NCBI GenBank assembly: GCA_965197825.1
Contig: CBDANW010000002.1
Location: 873,738 to 937,737, forward strand
Source: Candidatus Marinacidobacterales bacterium
GTDB lineage: Bacteria; Acidobacteriota; Vicinamibacteria; Marinacidobacterales; DATDRI01
Direction: 5' to 3'
Length of the DNA stretch: 64,000 bases
Part shown: positions 29,564 through 38,497 of the stretch, piece by piece
Numbering within the stretch: the stretch's first letter is position 1
Layout of the letters: each line of letters starts with the position of its first letter
Translations under genes and position numbers: made by a program
The notes under the pieces: model-generated
The model's database searches: none
What the model was told of the DNA's origin: nothing
The model's input: the letters and a program-made list of their open reading frames with translations, nothing else

Positions 29564-31171
29564 ATGGAACTCGGCGAACCTGCTCACGAGCTCGTCCGAA
29601 CCGCGTACGCCCGTGAGGCCGGCGACACGGCCATCCTTTATAAGGGCATGAGCCTCGCCGATCTGGCTCACGTGGTGGGGCTCATCGAGTCCGAGATCAT
29701 TCCGCGCCAAGCGGGCGGAGAGCTTCTGTGGGCGCTCATCGAGATACATCCTTCTCCGCCCCTCGATTTCGCCGTCGATCCGAAGCACGGCGATTCCTAC
29801 TCCAATCGAGAAACGTACCTGAAAATGCTCACTCCTTCCGTCGTATGGCTCTCGGCCGGCCGCGCGCGCCGCGAGTCGACGACGACTGGCTATCGCATCA
29901 CCGTTCGAGAACGGCTACTCGCCCTTGCTTCCGCGCTCGAAGACTGCGCCACCGCAGCGCTGGAGCTCGCGGAAACACACCGGGCCACGCTCTTCCCCGA
30001 CTACACCTACCTCCAACCGGCCCAGCCAACGGTGTTCGGCCACTACTTGCTCACATTCGTGCATCCGATGCTTCGAGATCTCGACCGATTGAGAACCGCC
30101 CACCAGCGCACCAACGTCAGCCCCGCGGGCGCGGGCAGCGTCAACGGAAGCCGCCTGCCGCTGGATCGCGACTCGCTTTCCGAGATGCTCGGCTTCGACG
30201 ACGTCGTCACGCATACGCGGGATGCCATGTGGCAAACAGATGGTCCCATCGAGATCACCGCAATGATCGCGGCGGCGCTCGTTAACATCGACCATTTGGC
30301 CGAGGACCTGCAGATCTTTTCCACCGCGGAGTTCGGTTTACTTGCGATTGCCGATCGCCACGCGCGCTCGAGCGTCATCATGCCGCAGAAGAAGAACCCC
30401 TACTCGCTCGCGTACCTACGCGGTCTCGCCGGCGAGTCCATCGGCAACTTGGCGGCCATGGCCGCGGTGGGCAAGACACCCTCTGGACAGATCGACAACC
30501 GGATGTTCGCCTATGGCACCGTTCCACGGGCACTCGGTCACACTATCGACGCGGTCCGCTTGATGGCCGATGTCTTGAGGGGACTCGTCGTGAACACGAA
30601 GACTGCGGCTCGACGAGCCACTCAGGATTTCATCGGGGCCACGGATCTGGCGGAGATCATCATGAAGGACTGCTCGATCGACTACAAGGCCGCGCACGAC
30701 CTCGTCGCCCGAGCAGTGCGGGACGCCAGCGCCGCCGGCGAAACGACCCTCACCTCCGATCGTCTAGAGTCGGCAGCCGAGGCCAGCATCGGGAGGAAGC
30801 TTGGGATTGCCGCCGACAAAATCGCCGACTCACTCGACCCGGAGCGAATCGTCGCTACCCGTACCGGTCGGGGAGGAGCAGCAGAGGCGTCGGTAAGGCA
30901 AATGATATTGGACTGCCGGAAGGAACTGGAACAACACCATGAGTGGCGTCTTTCCGCCTCCAAGAAGGCCCACGAGGCGGAAACACGATTGCTCTTGAAG
31001 GCCACGTCGCTCAAGATCGCGCCATCCACACCGGGCGAGAGCTCGTCTTCCGATAAAGACGAGAAAGAGGCGCCGAGCAAAGCGAGACCATCCAAGCCAA
31101 AATCTTTTGACGAGCTCTTCGAAGACTTGCCGAAGATGCCCCCCACACGCCGACGGTTTCCCACCGAATGA
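29564..31171 (+). CDS. Argininosuccinate-lyase-like fumarase/aspartase superfamily enzyme; XcbC-like
   Basis: GRARRE, PDYTYLQPAQP (His to Tyr versus ArgH), SSVIMPQKKNP, ATDLAE. Follows comA. Confidence 0.85.
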   Translation: MELGEPAHELVRTAYAREAGDTAILYKGMSLADLAHVVGLIESEIIPRQAGGELLWALIEIHPSPPLDFAVDPKHGDSYSNRETYLKMLTPSVVWLSAGRARRESTTTGYRITVRERLLALASALEDCATAALELAETHRATLFPDYTYLQPAQPTVFGHYLLTFVHPMLRDLDRLRTAHQRTNVSPAGAGSVNGSRLPLDRDSLSEMLGFDDVVTHTRDAMWQTDGPIEITAMIAAALVNIDHLAEDLQIFSTAEFGLLAIADRHARSSVIMPQKKNPYSLAYLRGLAGESIGNLAAMAAVGKTPSGQIDNRMFAYGTVPRALGHTIDAVRLMADVLRGLVVNTKTAARRATQDFIGATDLAEIIMKDCSIDYKAAHDLVARAVRDASAAGETTLTSDRLESAAEASIGRKLGIAADKIADSLDPERIVATRTGRGGAAEASVRQMILDCRKELEQHHEWRLSASKKAHEAETRLLLKATSLKIAPSTPGESSSSDKDEKEAPSKARPSKPKSFDELFEDLPKMPPTRRRFPTE

Positions 31172-31204
31172 GAATTTCGATCGAGCCGCCGGGAGTCTAG
31201 TATC

Positions 31205-32584
31205 GTGCCCTCTCATATCTCCGATTCCCTCATCTACCGCAACTCGTGGGGCACCGAGGAGACGCGCGCCATCTTCGATGACGTGCCGCGCACCCGCGCG
31301 TGGCTCGAGATTCTGGCCGCGCTTGCGGAAACGCAGGCGGAAGTCGGCCTCATCCCCGCCGAGGACGCCGCAAAAGTAGCTCGAGCTTGTCGGGAGATAA
31401 CGCTAGACGCGGAGTTTTTCGAAGAAGTGCGGAAAGGGTTCGAGGAAACGAATCACACCACGCTCGGCCTCATCCGCGCCGTTCAACGCCGTTGCCCGGA
31501 CAAATCCGGCGAATGGGTCTACTACGGCGCTACGGTTCAGGACGTCGCCGACACCTGGATGATGATGGCGCTCGGCCAGGTCTGGTCCATCTCCTTCCGA
31601 GAGTTGCGCGCCCTCGAAGAAAACCTTCTCCGGCTCGCGGAAAAGCACCGCGACACGGTGATGTCCGGAAGAACTCACGGCCAAACGGGGCTCCCCATCA
31701 CGTTCGGCTTCAAAGCCGCCGTGTGGGCACGTGAGACGCGCCGACACCTCTCACGTCTCAAGGAAATCCGGCCGCGGCTGGGAGAAGGTCAGCTCGCCGG
31801 CGGTGTGGGAAGCCTGTCGTCACTAGGACCGCGGGCCCTCGAGCTCCAGGAAAAATTCTTCTCACGGCTGGGTCTAAGGCCGCCGGACATCGCGTGGACC
31901 ACAGCCCGCGATGTCCTAGTGGAATGGTTCCAAATCCTCACGCTCGTCTCTGGCACGTCCGACAAGATTGGACACGAGGTCTACAATCTGCAGCGATCGG
32001 AAATCAGTGAAGTCAGTGAAGGCTTTGTCTCCGGCACGGTGAGCAGCATCACCATGCCCCACAAGCGCAACCCGGAGATCGCCGAGCACCTCGGCACGCT
32101 CGCTAGGGTCATCCGACACAACGCGGCGCTCCTTGCCGAGTCCCAAGTGCACGACCACGAACGCGACGGGCGCGCCTGGAAGTCGGAGTGGGCGGTGCTG
32201 GCCGAGACTTCTATGGCGGCTGCCAAACTGCTCGCGCTGACCAATACCATGACGGCTCACTTGGTCGTTCACCCCGAGCGCGCCCTCACCAACCTCGCGG
32301 CGACCCGGGGCTTCGTGTTATCGGAAGCCGTGATGCTTGCGCTTGCCGAACGGGTCGGCAAGCAGAGCGCGCATACGCTGGTTTTCGAAACCGCGATGAA
32401 GGCGCATGAGGATGGCCGTACTCTCAAAGATGCCATCCTCGATAACCAGTCCATTCGCAAACACCTCTCCGCGGAGGCAATCGAAGCGTTGTTCGACTAT
32501 CGGCGGCACACCGGACTCTGCCGCGAGTTCGTGGATCGGGTTCTAACCATGGCAAGGAAAGAACGAGAGGCGGACGCGGAATGA
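31205..32584 (+). CDS. Adenylosuccinate-lyase-like enzyme; XcbD-like
   Basis: YYGATVQD, MSGRTHGQ...PITFGFK, SSITMPHKRNP, HDHERD. Confidence 0.87.
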   Translation: MPSHISDSLIYRNSWGTEETRAIFDDVPRTRAWLEILAALAETQAEVGLIPAEDAAKVARACREITLDAEFFEEVRKGFEETNHTTLGLIRAVQRRCPDKSGEWVYYGATVQDVADTWMMMALGQVWSISFRELRALEENLLRLAEKHRDTVMSGRTHGQTGLPITFGFKAAVWARETRRHLSRLKEIRPRLGEGQLAGGVGSLSSLGPRALELQEKFFSRLGLRPPDIAWTTARDVLVEWFQILTLVSGTSDKIGHEVYNLQRSEISEVSEGFVSGTVSSITMPHKRNPEIAEHLGTLARVIRHNAALLAESQVHDHERDGRAWKSEWAVLAETSMAAAKLLALTNTMTAHLVVHPERALTNLAATRGFVLSEAVMLALAERVGKQSAHTLVFETAMKAHEDGRTLKDAILDNQSIRKHLSAEAIEALFDYRRHTGLCREFVDRVLTMARKEREADAE

Positions 32585-32967
32585 AACGAACTTCGCTGGT
32601 CATCGCCTGGCTCGCCCTCGCGGCATGTGGTGGAGGAGGCGACGGTGAGGCGGAAAGTGCGGTCACCACGACGCTCATTGGCAACGCTCCCGCCAGCGAG
32701 GAAGTCTTCATGGGAACCTGTATCAAGTGCCACGGTGACGATGCGACAGGCATCGAGGGCTCGGGCACCAACCTCACGATCAGCCAGTTCATTCGCGAAA
32801 AGACCGATGCCGAGCTCATCGATTACATAAAGGTGGGACGGGAGATGAACGATCCCCTCAACACGACCGGGATCGCCATGCCGCCCTACGGTGCCAATCC
32901 CATGTTGACCGATCAGGATCTGGCGGACGTGGTGGCTTACCTAAGGACCGTGCAGCAAGAACCTTGA
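32581..32967 (+). CDS. Lipoprotein monoheme cytochrome c
   Basis: Lipobox LAAC, CIKCH, distal Met in MPPYG. Four-base overlaps with both neighbours. Confidence 0.9.
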   Translation: MKRTSLVIAWLALAACGGGGDGEAESAVTTTLIGNAPASEEVFMGTCIKCHGDDATGIEGSGTNLTISQFIREKTDAELIDYIKVGREMNDPLNTTGIAMPPYGANPMLTDQDLADVVAYLRTVQQEP

Positions 32968-33947
32968 TGCCACTGCCCCCTCGCTTCCCGCTTGCACTCC
33001 TACCCACACCGCTGGTCGAAGCGCCCCGTCTGTCGCGCGTCCTCGGCGGTCCGCGGATTCTCTTGAAGCGTGACGACCTCACCGGCTTCGGCTTCGGCGG
33101 CAACAAGGTGAGGAAGCTCGAGTTCTTGATCGCCGCCGCCCTCGAAAAGAAGGCCGACATGATCGTGACCGGGGCGGGACCCCAATCAAATCACATCCGC
33201 GCCACCGCGGCGGCGGCGCGAGTCGCGGGGCTCGACGTGGTGGCGGTCATGCATGGCGCACGCCCGTCAGAGGTCCAAGGCAATCTCCTGCTAGATGAGC
33301 TGCTCGGCGTGGAGATCCGTTTCACCAACGATCCCGACCGCTCCTTGGTCGATGGCAAGATCGAAGAGGCCGCGGAAGACCTGCGCCGAGCGGGGCGGCG
33401 GCCCTACGTCATCCCCCGGGGCGGAGCCTCCCCGCTCGGGACACTGGGCTATGTCGAGTGCGTTCGTGAGTTGCAGGCGCAACTGGAAACCATGAACGTC
33501 GAGCCGCAGTGGATCGTACTGGCCACCGGCGCTTGCGGGACGCAATCGGGGCTGCTCGCCGGTACCAAACTGTCCGGCGCGCGGTACCGCATTCTGGGCG
33601 TCACGGTCAGCCGACCGGTCGCCGAATGCGAGGAGCGCATCATGCGACTGGCGTCCGAGGCCGCCCAGCTTGCCGGCCAGTCCATAACTTTTTCGCGTGA
33701 CGACTTCATCGTTCGTGACGGCTTCGTCGGCCCCGGTTACGGGATCTCCTCAAAGGAAGGTGTCGAAGCCATCCGTCTCCTCGCACGTACCGAAGGTATT
33801 TTCTTGGACCCAACCTACACTGGCAAGGCGATGGCGGGACTCATCGAAGAGATTGGGTCCGGTCGGATAAGCAAAGATGAGACGGTCGTTTTCCTTCATA
33901 CCGGCGGCGAACCGGCTCTCTTCACCCACCCCGAGATTTTGTGCTAG
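32964..33947 (+). CDS. PLP-dependent D-cysteine desulfhydrase-family enzyme; XcbE-like
   Basis: LKRDDLTG...GGNKVRKLE, QSNH, DPTYTGK (Thr, not the Leu/Glu pattern of ACC deaminase), FLHTGG. Confidence 0.9.
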   Translation: MMPLPPRFPLALLPTPLVEAPRLSRVLGGPRILLKRDDLTGFGFGGNKVRKLEFLIAAALEKKADMIVTGAGPQSNHIRATAAAARVAGLDVVAVMHGARPSEVQGNLLLDELLGVEIRFTNDPDRSLVDGKIEEAAEDLRRAGRRPYVIPRGGASPLGTLGYVECVRELQAQLETMNVEPQWIVLATGACGTQSGLLAGTKLSGARYRILGVTVSRPVAECEERIMRLASEAAQLAGQSITFSRDDFIVRDGFVGPGYGISSKEGVEAIRLLARTEGIFLDPTYTGKAMAGLIEEIGSGRISKDETVVFLHTGGEPALFTHPEILC

Positions 33948-33948
33948 C

Positions 33949-34368
33949 ATGACCAGGCTTATGATCCAACACAAGCCGACGTTCACGTCCGAGGCAGTCA
34001 CCGAAGGGGTACGCGTGCTCGTCGCCTGCAAGTACTCTCCCGATCACTCGCAACCCCAAGTGAATCGATGGTTCTTCTTGTACACCGTCAAGATCGCCAA
34101 CGAGGGAACCGAGCCGGTGCAACTCGTCAGTCGGCATTGGATCATCGAAGACGCGGACGGCAACGTCGAGGAAGTCCGTGGCCCGGGCGTCGTCGGACAG
34201 CAACCCCTCCTGTCCCCTGAGGAGTCCTTCCAATACACCTCCGGCTGCCCCTTGCAGACTCCTTTTGGATCCATGCGAGGCACCTACCAGATGGTGCGCC
34301 AAGGAGGAGAAGGCTTCGACGCGAAGATCGCTCCCTTCACCTTGAGCGAACCGTACACGATTCACTAG
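33949..34368 (+). CDS. apaG: ApaG protein
   Basis: VQLVSRHWII.D...EVRGPGVVG.QP...FQYTSGCPL.TP.GSM.G.Y. Confidence 0.95.
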   Translation: MTRLMIQHKPTFTSEAVTEGVRVLVACKYSPDHSQPQVNRWFFLYTVKIANEGTEPVQLVSRHWIIEDADGNVEEVRGPGVVGQQPLLSPEESFQYTSGCPLQTPFGSMRGTYQMVRQGGEGFDAKIAPFTLSEPYTIH

Positions 34369-34418
34369 TGCTGTCCCTCCCGTGAACGTTCCAACTACGT
34401 TCTAGTTTCAGAACTGAT

Positions 34419-35249
34419 ATGGCGAAGAAGAAACGGAAGAAGAAAAGAAAACACAAGCTGACCGCTCGCAAGGCCGACAAACACTTGCTCTACGAGCTGA
34501 GCGTTCAAGCTCCAGAAATAGACGCCCGATTCTTGACTCGGTACTACAAGAAGCTAACCGGAAGAGCTGCGCGAACGTTTCGGGAAGACTTCTGCGGCAC
34601 CGCCGCGCTTTCTTGCTGGTGGGTTCGACTCCATAGTGAGAACCGCGCCATTGGCGTCGACCTCGACGCCGCCACGCTCAAGTGGGCGCGCGATCACAAG
34701 GTAAGCGAATTGAACGAAGATCAGCATCAGCGTGTGCGTCTGATTCGCAACAACGTGCTCGCGGTTCAATCACCCAAGGTGGACATCGTCGCCGCCATGA
34801 ACTTCAGCTATTCCGTCTTCAAGACCCGTAGACTGATGCAAGAGTACACGCGGAACGCTTACCGATCCCTGAAGCCACACGGCATTCTGGTCATGGACGC
34901 TTGGGGTGGAAGTGACACGATGGTCGAGACCCAGGATCGGCGCCGACAGCACGGCTTTACCTACGTTTGGGATCAGATCGATTTCGATCCCGTCTCCCAC
35001 GATACCCTCTGCAAGATCCACTTCGAGTTCCGTGATGGCACGCGCATGCGAAACGCGTTCGTCTACGACTGGCGACTCTGGACGCTTCCCGAGATGCAAG
35101 AGATCATGAGTGAGGCTGGGTTCCACGATGTTCACGTACTCTGGGAAGGCACGGACCGAGAAACCGGGGAGGGAAACGGCAGGTTCCGGCGCTGTACCCG
35201 AGGTGGCGACGAGGATGCTTGGATCGCCTACGTCGTCGGACGGAAGTAA
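34419..35249 (+). CDS. Class I SAM-dependent methyltransferase
   Basis: REDFCGTA, GVDLD, AMNFSY, YDWRLWTLPE. Confidence 0.85.
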   Translation: MAKKKRKKKRKHKLTARKADKHLLYELSVQAPEIDARFLTRYYKKLTGRAARTFREDFCGTAALSCWWVRLHSENRAIGVDLDAATLKWARDHKVSELNEDQHQRVRLIRNNVLAVQSPKVDIVAAMNFSYSVFKTRRLMQEYTRNAYRSLKPHGILVMDAWGGSDTMVETQDRRRQHGFTYVWDQIDFDPVSHDTLCKIHFEFRDGTRMRNAFVYDWRLWTLPEMQEIMSEAGFHDVHVLWEGTDRETGEGNGRFRRCTRGGDEDAWIAYVVGRK

Positions 35250-35253
35250 CACG

Positions 35254-36156
35254 ATGGGCCTGAACCAAGGCTATTCCTACCGTGAGACGCTTGGTCCCGC
35301 CGCGGCACGGCTCACGGTGCTGGAATACCTGAGCCGAAGCTACCGGCATTCTTCTGCCGACCAGTGGCGAGCGAGAATCAAAGAAGGCTTGGTGCTCATC
35401 GACGGCCGGCCCGCCGGCCGGAAAGATGTCCTTCGGCGCGGGCAGACGCTCGTATGGCGCCGACCTCCCTGGCAAGAGCCTCACGCGCCGCTCGTCTTTG
35501 CCATCCTCCACGAGGACGAACATTTCCTCGCGGTGGCCAAACCCGCGGGGCTGCCCACACTCCCCGGAGGCGGTTTCTCGAACCACACGTTGCTCGCACT
35601 CGTTCGCCGTTACTGCGCGGAGGCCACGCCGCTTCATCGGCTCGGCCGGGGAACTTCCGGAGTCATGCTCTGGGCGCGATCCGGGCTGGCACGCCGACGT
35701 ATCTTGAGCGCCTGGCAGACCAAGGTGCGGCGTGTGTATCGCACATTAGTCCAGGGCATGCTCGGCGAAGACGAGTCGATCATCGAGACACCTATTGGCC
35801 TCGTGCCTCACCCCCTGCTTGGAACGGTCTTTGCCGCGATGCCCCTCGGTAAGCCTTCACTCAGCCGCGTCCGTCTATTGGAGCGTCGCACCGACACCTC
35901 ACTGGTGGAAGTCGAGCTCCACACCGGGAGACCCCATCAGATCCGGATTCACCTTGCCGCCGCTGGTCACCCTTTGGTCGGAGACCCGTTGTACGCGACC
36001 GGTGGCCTGCCGAAGCCGGACAGCCGCGCGCTTCCCGGTGATCTCGGCTACCTTCTTCACGCGGAGCAGGTGCAATTCCCCCACCCCAAGACCGGACGTT
36101 CCATGGAAGTGACGTGCCTCCCGCCCCCTTCGCTTCGTGACTCGTTGACGGTATGA
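35254..36156 (+). CDS. RluA-family RNA pseudouridine synthase homologue lacking the catalytic Asp
   Basis: AVAKPAGLP, HRLGRGTSG, TGRPHQIRIHL, GHPLVGDPLY, LHA. Confidence 0.88.
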   Translation: MGLNQGYSYRETLGPAAARLTVLEYLSRSYRHSSADQWRARIKEGLVLIDGRPAGRKDVLRRGQTLVWRRPPWQEPHAPLVFAILHEDEHFLAVAKPAGLPTLPGGGFSNHTLLALVRRYCAEATPLHRLGRGTSGVMLWARSGLARRRILSAWQTKVRRVYRTLVQGMLGEDESIIETPIGLVPHPLLGTVFAAMPLGKPSLSRVRLLERRTDTSLVEVELHTGRPHQIRIHLAAAGHPLVGDPLYATGGLPKPDSRALPGDLGYLLHAEQVQFPHPKTGRSMEVTCLPPPSLRDSLTV

Positions 36157-36163
36157 TCCGTCC

Positions 36164-36895
36164 ATGTCGCGAACCGCTGCCGCGCTCGTCATCGGCAACG
36201 AAATCCTCAGCGGCAAAACTCAGGAACGCAACCTCCTGGAGCTAGCTCGCGTCCTGCGTGAACTCGGTATCGCGCTGAAACGAGTGGTCGTCGTCACCGA
36301 CGAGCTCGCCACCATCGCCAAGGAGGTCACCGCACTCGCATCCGCCCACGACTTTGTCTTCACCAGCGGCGGAGTTGGTCCTACCCATGACGACGTGACG
36401 ATGGCGGGCGTCGCCTTGGCCTTCGACGTACCGGTCGTTCGCCACCCTACGCTCGAGGAGATGCTACGACGCCACTTCGGCGAGCGATTAAACGACAGCC
36501 ATCTGCGTCTGGCCCTCGTGCCCAAGGGGGCGCGCTTGCTATCCAAGCCGGACTCCCTCTGGCCCGTCACGATCATCGAGAACGTTTGGATCCTGCCCGG
36601 CATTCCCGAGGTGTTTCAAAAAAAGCTCGACATCGCGCGCGAACATCTAGGAGGCGACGCTCCGTATATTTCCCGCGCGGTCTACACGAACCTCGACGAA
36701 GCGGATCTCGCGCCGATGCTGAACGATGTCGTCCGGAAGCATCCCGGTGTCGACATCGGGTCTTATCCCGCGTGGAGCGACAAGAAATATCGAACCAAAC
36801 TCACTTTCGATGGAAAAGACGCGGCGGCGATTAGCAGCGCGTTGGAAGCATTCTTGGCTCTGTTGCCCGAAGGAGAGCCTCAATGGACGGAATGA
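36164..36895 (+). CDS. Molybdopterin-binding / CinA N-terminal-like protein
   Basis: IGNEILSG, TSGGVGPTHDDVT, LPGIP, IGSYP. Confidence 0.9.
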   Translation: MSRTAAALVIGNEILSGKTQERNLLELARVLRELGIALKRVVVVTDELATIAKEVTALASAHDFVFTSGGVGPTHDDVTMAGVALAFDVPVVRHPTLEEMLRRHFGERLNDSHLRLALVPKGARLLSKPDSLWPVTIIENVWILPGIPEVFQKKLDIAREHLGGDAPYISRAVYTNLDEADLAPMLNDVVRKHPGVDIGSYPAWSDKKYRTKLTFDGKDAAAISSALEAFLALLPEGEPQWTE

Positions 36896-37280
36896 AGTCG
36901 GTGCCTATCGAGGACAGCCCCGTCGACAAGAGAGCAGGTCTCAGCCCCTCGCACGAGCGCCGATGGGGATTGATTGGCGGCACAGTGGGTCCCCTGGTCG
37001 GAGTCGGCTCCGCGCTTGTGGCGGTCGGCATCGATGGCGTGCCCTGGTACTCCTCCGGCCCTTACCCGCTCGTGTTTACCGAGCCTAGGCTCCTGGCGCT
37101 CGACGTTTATCTCCTCTTGGTTTTCTTGGCCGGAGTGGGATTCTCGACAGCCGGGGCCATCTATTCTCGCCGGAGCGCCTATCCGAGGACCGATGCCTTG
37201 GGGCGGGTTTGATGGGAACGATCCTCATGGGCGTGAGCGGCCTCGTGTTGTTTACGCGTTTGGTGGCGCTGATTCTGTCG
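36892..37280 (+). CDS. Small membrane protein, hypothetical (probable frameshift near 37200)
   Basis: ATG overlaps the upstream stop; two TM helices, with a third in the shifted frame. Confidence 0.5.
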
Positions 37281-37365
37281 TAGTTCTGTCAGGTGAAACA
37301 ACCTTGGCCGGACGAGGTCCTTCTCTCGAATTGTCGAGGAGCGAGAAGACTCGCCACGGTGAGAC

Positions 37366-37682
37366 TCATTCTGACTCTGCTTCGCCCATGAAGCTCACGA
37401 AATCAGACATCGGGACCACCGGCCCGTGGATGGGCACAATGGTTTCGATGTCCAGCTTCAGGCGCTTTATGTTCTGGTAGAACGTTCGACTGCTGCGGTT
37501 GGGGGTAGCCGGCGCCCGGTCACGCGACGGGGAGTAGAGATCCGCTTCCACCACAATCTTCTCCTCGGGTAGATACGCGATCGACATCCCGGCGCTGTGA
37601 TTGAGGCCCTGGATATGGTGAATTTCCATATTTCGCGTGCCATCGCTCAACACGTATTTTTCCCGAAAGGTCTCAAAAGTGT
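37366..37682 (-). pseudogene. C-terminal fragment of an MBL-fold hydrolase truncated at the IS66 left end
   Basis: EKYVLSDGTR.MEIHHI...HSAGM.IAYLP.EKIVVEADLY...IVPIHG. Confidence 0.75.
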
Positions 37683-37761
37683 GTAACTCCTCGCCGTGGC
37701 CCGTCGTGACAAGCGTGTCGGAATGTTCCATCGTGAGCAGTCTTGAAAGGAGTGCGAAGCG

Positions 37762-38106
37762 ATGGAAGCGAGGACAGCATTTCGTAGGCGAGCACGTGAA
37801 GAAAATCGTGGCCGCACAGGTCGAGGGCGGCGTTACTCGCGGGAACAACGTCGCGAAGCGGTACTGTATCTGAATCAGATGAAGGATCAGGGCGCGAGCC
37901 TTGAGGGTGTCGCGAGGGGGCTCGGGGTGAGTGGCTGGAGTCTATCTCGATGAAATCGAGAGGAGGCTATGAGGGGTATCGTTCGGCGTGTCGAAGTCGT
38001 GGAATCGGAAAAACGCACGGAGATTACGCTGGTAACCCCGCGAGGGTATCGAATCGAGAGTCTGTCGGAACAGCGGCTGCTGCGGCTTGTTGAGCAGCTG
38101 GGATGA
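37762..38106 (+). pseudogene. tnpA: IS66 TnpA-like HTH protein, interrupted near 37950
   Basis: RRYSREQRREAV...VARGLGVSGWSLSR*, then ITLVTPRGYRIESL. Confidence 0.7.
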
Positions 38107-38483
38107 AGTGGAATAGCCGTCGGGTGTCGGCATGGGCGTACGCGGCGCCGGCGGATCTCCGCAAGGGCTTTGACGGTCTGTCGGCGCTGGTGATGAACGA
38201 GCTTGGTCGTGACCCGCTGAGCGGTGAGCTGTACTTGTTCGTCAGCCGCAACCGAATCCGCGCGAAAGTTCTGCACTGGGACGGGACCGGACTGTGCGTC
38301 TACGCGAAACGTCTCGAAAAGGGAAAGTTCGCATGCCTGTGGTCCAGCGGTGACGGCGAGCCAGTGCGACTGACGACGACAGAGTTGTCGTTGTTTCTGG
38401 AGGGGAGCCGGTTGGTCGGAAAAATATCTTTGTCACCTCCTGAAATGAAGCATTTTTCACTTGCCGTGAGATCGTCTCTATGA
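38103..38483 (+). CDS. tnpB: IS66 accessory protein TnpB
   Basis: PADLRKGFDGL, DPLSGELYLF, KVLHWDGTG...KRLEKGKF. Confidence 0.95.
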   Translation: MKWNSRRVSAWAYAAPADLRKGFDGLSALVMNELGRDPLSGELYLFVSRNRIRAKVLHWDGTGLCVYAKRLEKGKFACLWSSGDGEPVRLTTTELSLFLEGSRLVGKISLSPPEMKHFSLAVRSSL

Positions 38484-38497
38484 TCTAATCGTATTCC

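Noticed and set aside
29564..32584. Housekeeping argH and purB
   Set aside because: Signature motifs deviate (YTYLQ; SSVIMP and SSITMP) and the genes sit between comA and a D-Cys-desulfhydrase-like gene, as XcbC/XcbD do.
32964..33947. ACC deaminase
   Set aside because: It has DPTYTGK rather than the DPVYEGK of ACC deaminases, and the context fits XcbE.
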